This document shows, one piece after another, positions 62,501-63,898 of a DNA stretch of 63,898 nucleotides; within the stretch, counting starts at the first letter, position 1; the number at the start of each line of letters is the position of its first letter. The DNA is from Octopus bimaculoides. Taxonomy: Eukaryota. A program made the translations under genes and the position numbers. The DNA is taken from the NCBI RefSeq assembly GCF_001194135.2, contig NC_068999.1, positions 52,268,895-52,332,792 of the forward strand, read 5' to 3'. The notes below the pieces were generated by a model. The model had not been told where the DNA came from. It made no database searches and saw only the letters and a list, made by a program, of their open reading frames with translations.

Positions 62501-63614
62501 ATAAAGGGAATAAATAATATTTTTAATTGCAAGAATAATAAAAAGTTAGAAAGATATGATAACATGAAGTTAATTCACAAATTTACATTCAAAGTAATCC
62601 AGCTTCCTTTAGAAATATTGATTTCTGAGCATATGAATTTAAATACATGTTTGAAAGGGAAGAGAGCATAAACATTGTGGAGTGAATGCTGTTTTATGGA
62701 GTCTGTCATGCTACAAAATATTGATTTCTTGCTTTGACACAGGCCCACAAATTTATCAAGGAAAGAAGTGCTATGGTCAGCTGTCCAATCCTTTGCTTAA
62801 ACGTTTGGTACAACATAAATCCTTGGCCCTGATTGTAGCCAATCAACGATTGTTATGTTGTACAAAAAAAAAAGATCAAAGAAAATTTGCAAAAAGTTGG
62901 GTTGTCCAACATATTGTTCTTTCTTTCCACCAATCACAAGCCTTGGATTTTCACCACTCAAAGATCCTTGTTGGATCATATACATAGTTGAGATTCCTAT
63001 TGTTTTTCAGCCAATTGAAAGGTTACTTTACATGCATCCAAGTAAATCTTTCAGTCTTTCTATGCTTAATAAATAGAATGGTTTTCTCACTATTGTTTAG
63101 GTCCTTGTCAGAGTGCAGCAGGACTTTTATGCTTGGCTGCAATATAGTGAAACAGCACTCCTCACATTTACTCCTCAGTGGGTGCTGCTGGCGCCGCCGC
63201 CGCTGCTAGCACCGCTGCTGCCGCTGCTGTTGCTCATTAGCCTTCACCCTTTGCAGATCAGTTTACTTGGTAATTTCTGCAAGAAACTTACCAAGTCTCT
63301 ACTTGTAATGGCCTTCTGCCAGTGCCGAAGGGCATCTGGTTGAAATGTGGTTCAGGGTGCAAAGTATTGCTCCACACTGCTTTCAAGATGGGTCTTTTTT
63401 TCTTCATTCCATATTTTAAGATTGTTTGGTGTTCACAAGAGGCCAGTGACAGACAGCATGAAGGAGGAAGGACAATCTTCCCTAGTCAGTACTTCAGACA
63501 GTGCTTCCAGGACAGTGGGCGCTCAAGTGCCTGGTTTCACTGCATCCATTGATTCTGGTGGCCAATAATTTTTATCATCTTGTTTTAGTTTTCATATTTG
63601 TTTTGTCCCATGTC

Positions 63615-63645
<31 letters not shown>

Positions 63646-63898
63646 TGTATGTATGTATGTATGTATGTACGTATATCAGAATAAACACACACACACACAC
63701 ACACGCACACACACACACACACACACATTAATTTATATATATATCTGAAGTGGTCTGAGATTTCCCAATGGTTATTGATAAAATATTCTATAGTTTGAGA
63801 CCCTAACGCTCTAAGCATTTAATAAAATACTTGCGTGTATATAATCAATACTTTATATTGATCTGTTCAATACTTTTATATTGATTGATTCCTTTATT

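Noticed and set aside
62420-62671. Divergent ORF MSLTVVNPKH... 100 bp from the ECPAS ATG
   Set aside because: Becomes AT-rich and intron-like, has no recognisable homology and no convincing donor; kept only as context for the 63100-63570 finding.
63127-63549. Minus-strand frame from an ATG with five in-frame TGA and no TAA/TAG: selenoprotein or recoding?
   Set aside because: No SECIS recognised, no Sec-motif context and no family resemblance. Given six frames over 64 kb, such a run is roughly expected by chance.

Overview
Eukaryotic, AT-rich, gap-containing draft genomic DNA. The SINE/LINE and microsatellite content looks like an octopus (coleoid cephalopod) genome; this is recognised from memory and not verified by search. 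Almost the whole window is one minus-strand gene, the proteasome adaptor/scaffold ECM29 (ECPAS/KIAA0368 orthologue). I reconstructed 46 complete coding exons (4867 nt, about 1620 codons) plus one exon cut by an N-gap; all are GT-AG and their phases join consistently. About 80 N-terminal codons after the start exon are not visible (probably in gaps), and the last exon(s) lie beyond the left edge. Introns are filled with tRNA-derived SINEs, RTE/CR1/RTE-X/R4-Dong LINE fragments, two mariner relics, piggyBac-, hAT- and Tc1-type MITEs, and a Gypsy 3' end with an intact LTR. No prokaryotic features, CRISPR arrays, rRNA or real tRNA genes were found, and I cannot support a new multi-gene system. The items most worth follow-up are intronic fold-back structures (a perfect 116-bp palindrome, a near-fully palindromic element family, a 60-nt pre-miRNA-like hairpin), an order-swapped R4/Dong retrotransposon pair next to (TAA)n, and an unresolved 5' end of ECPAS.
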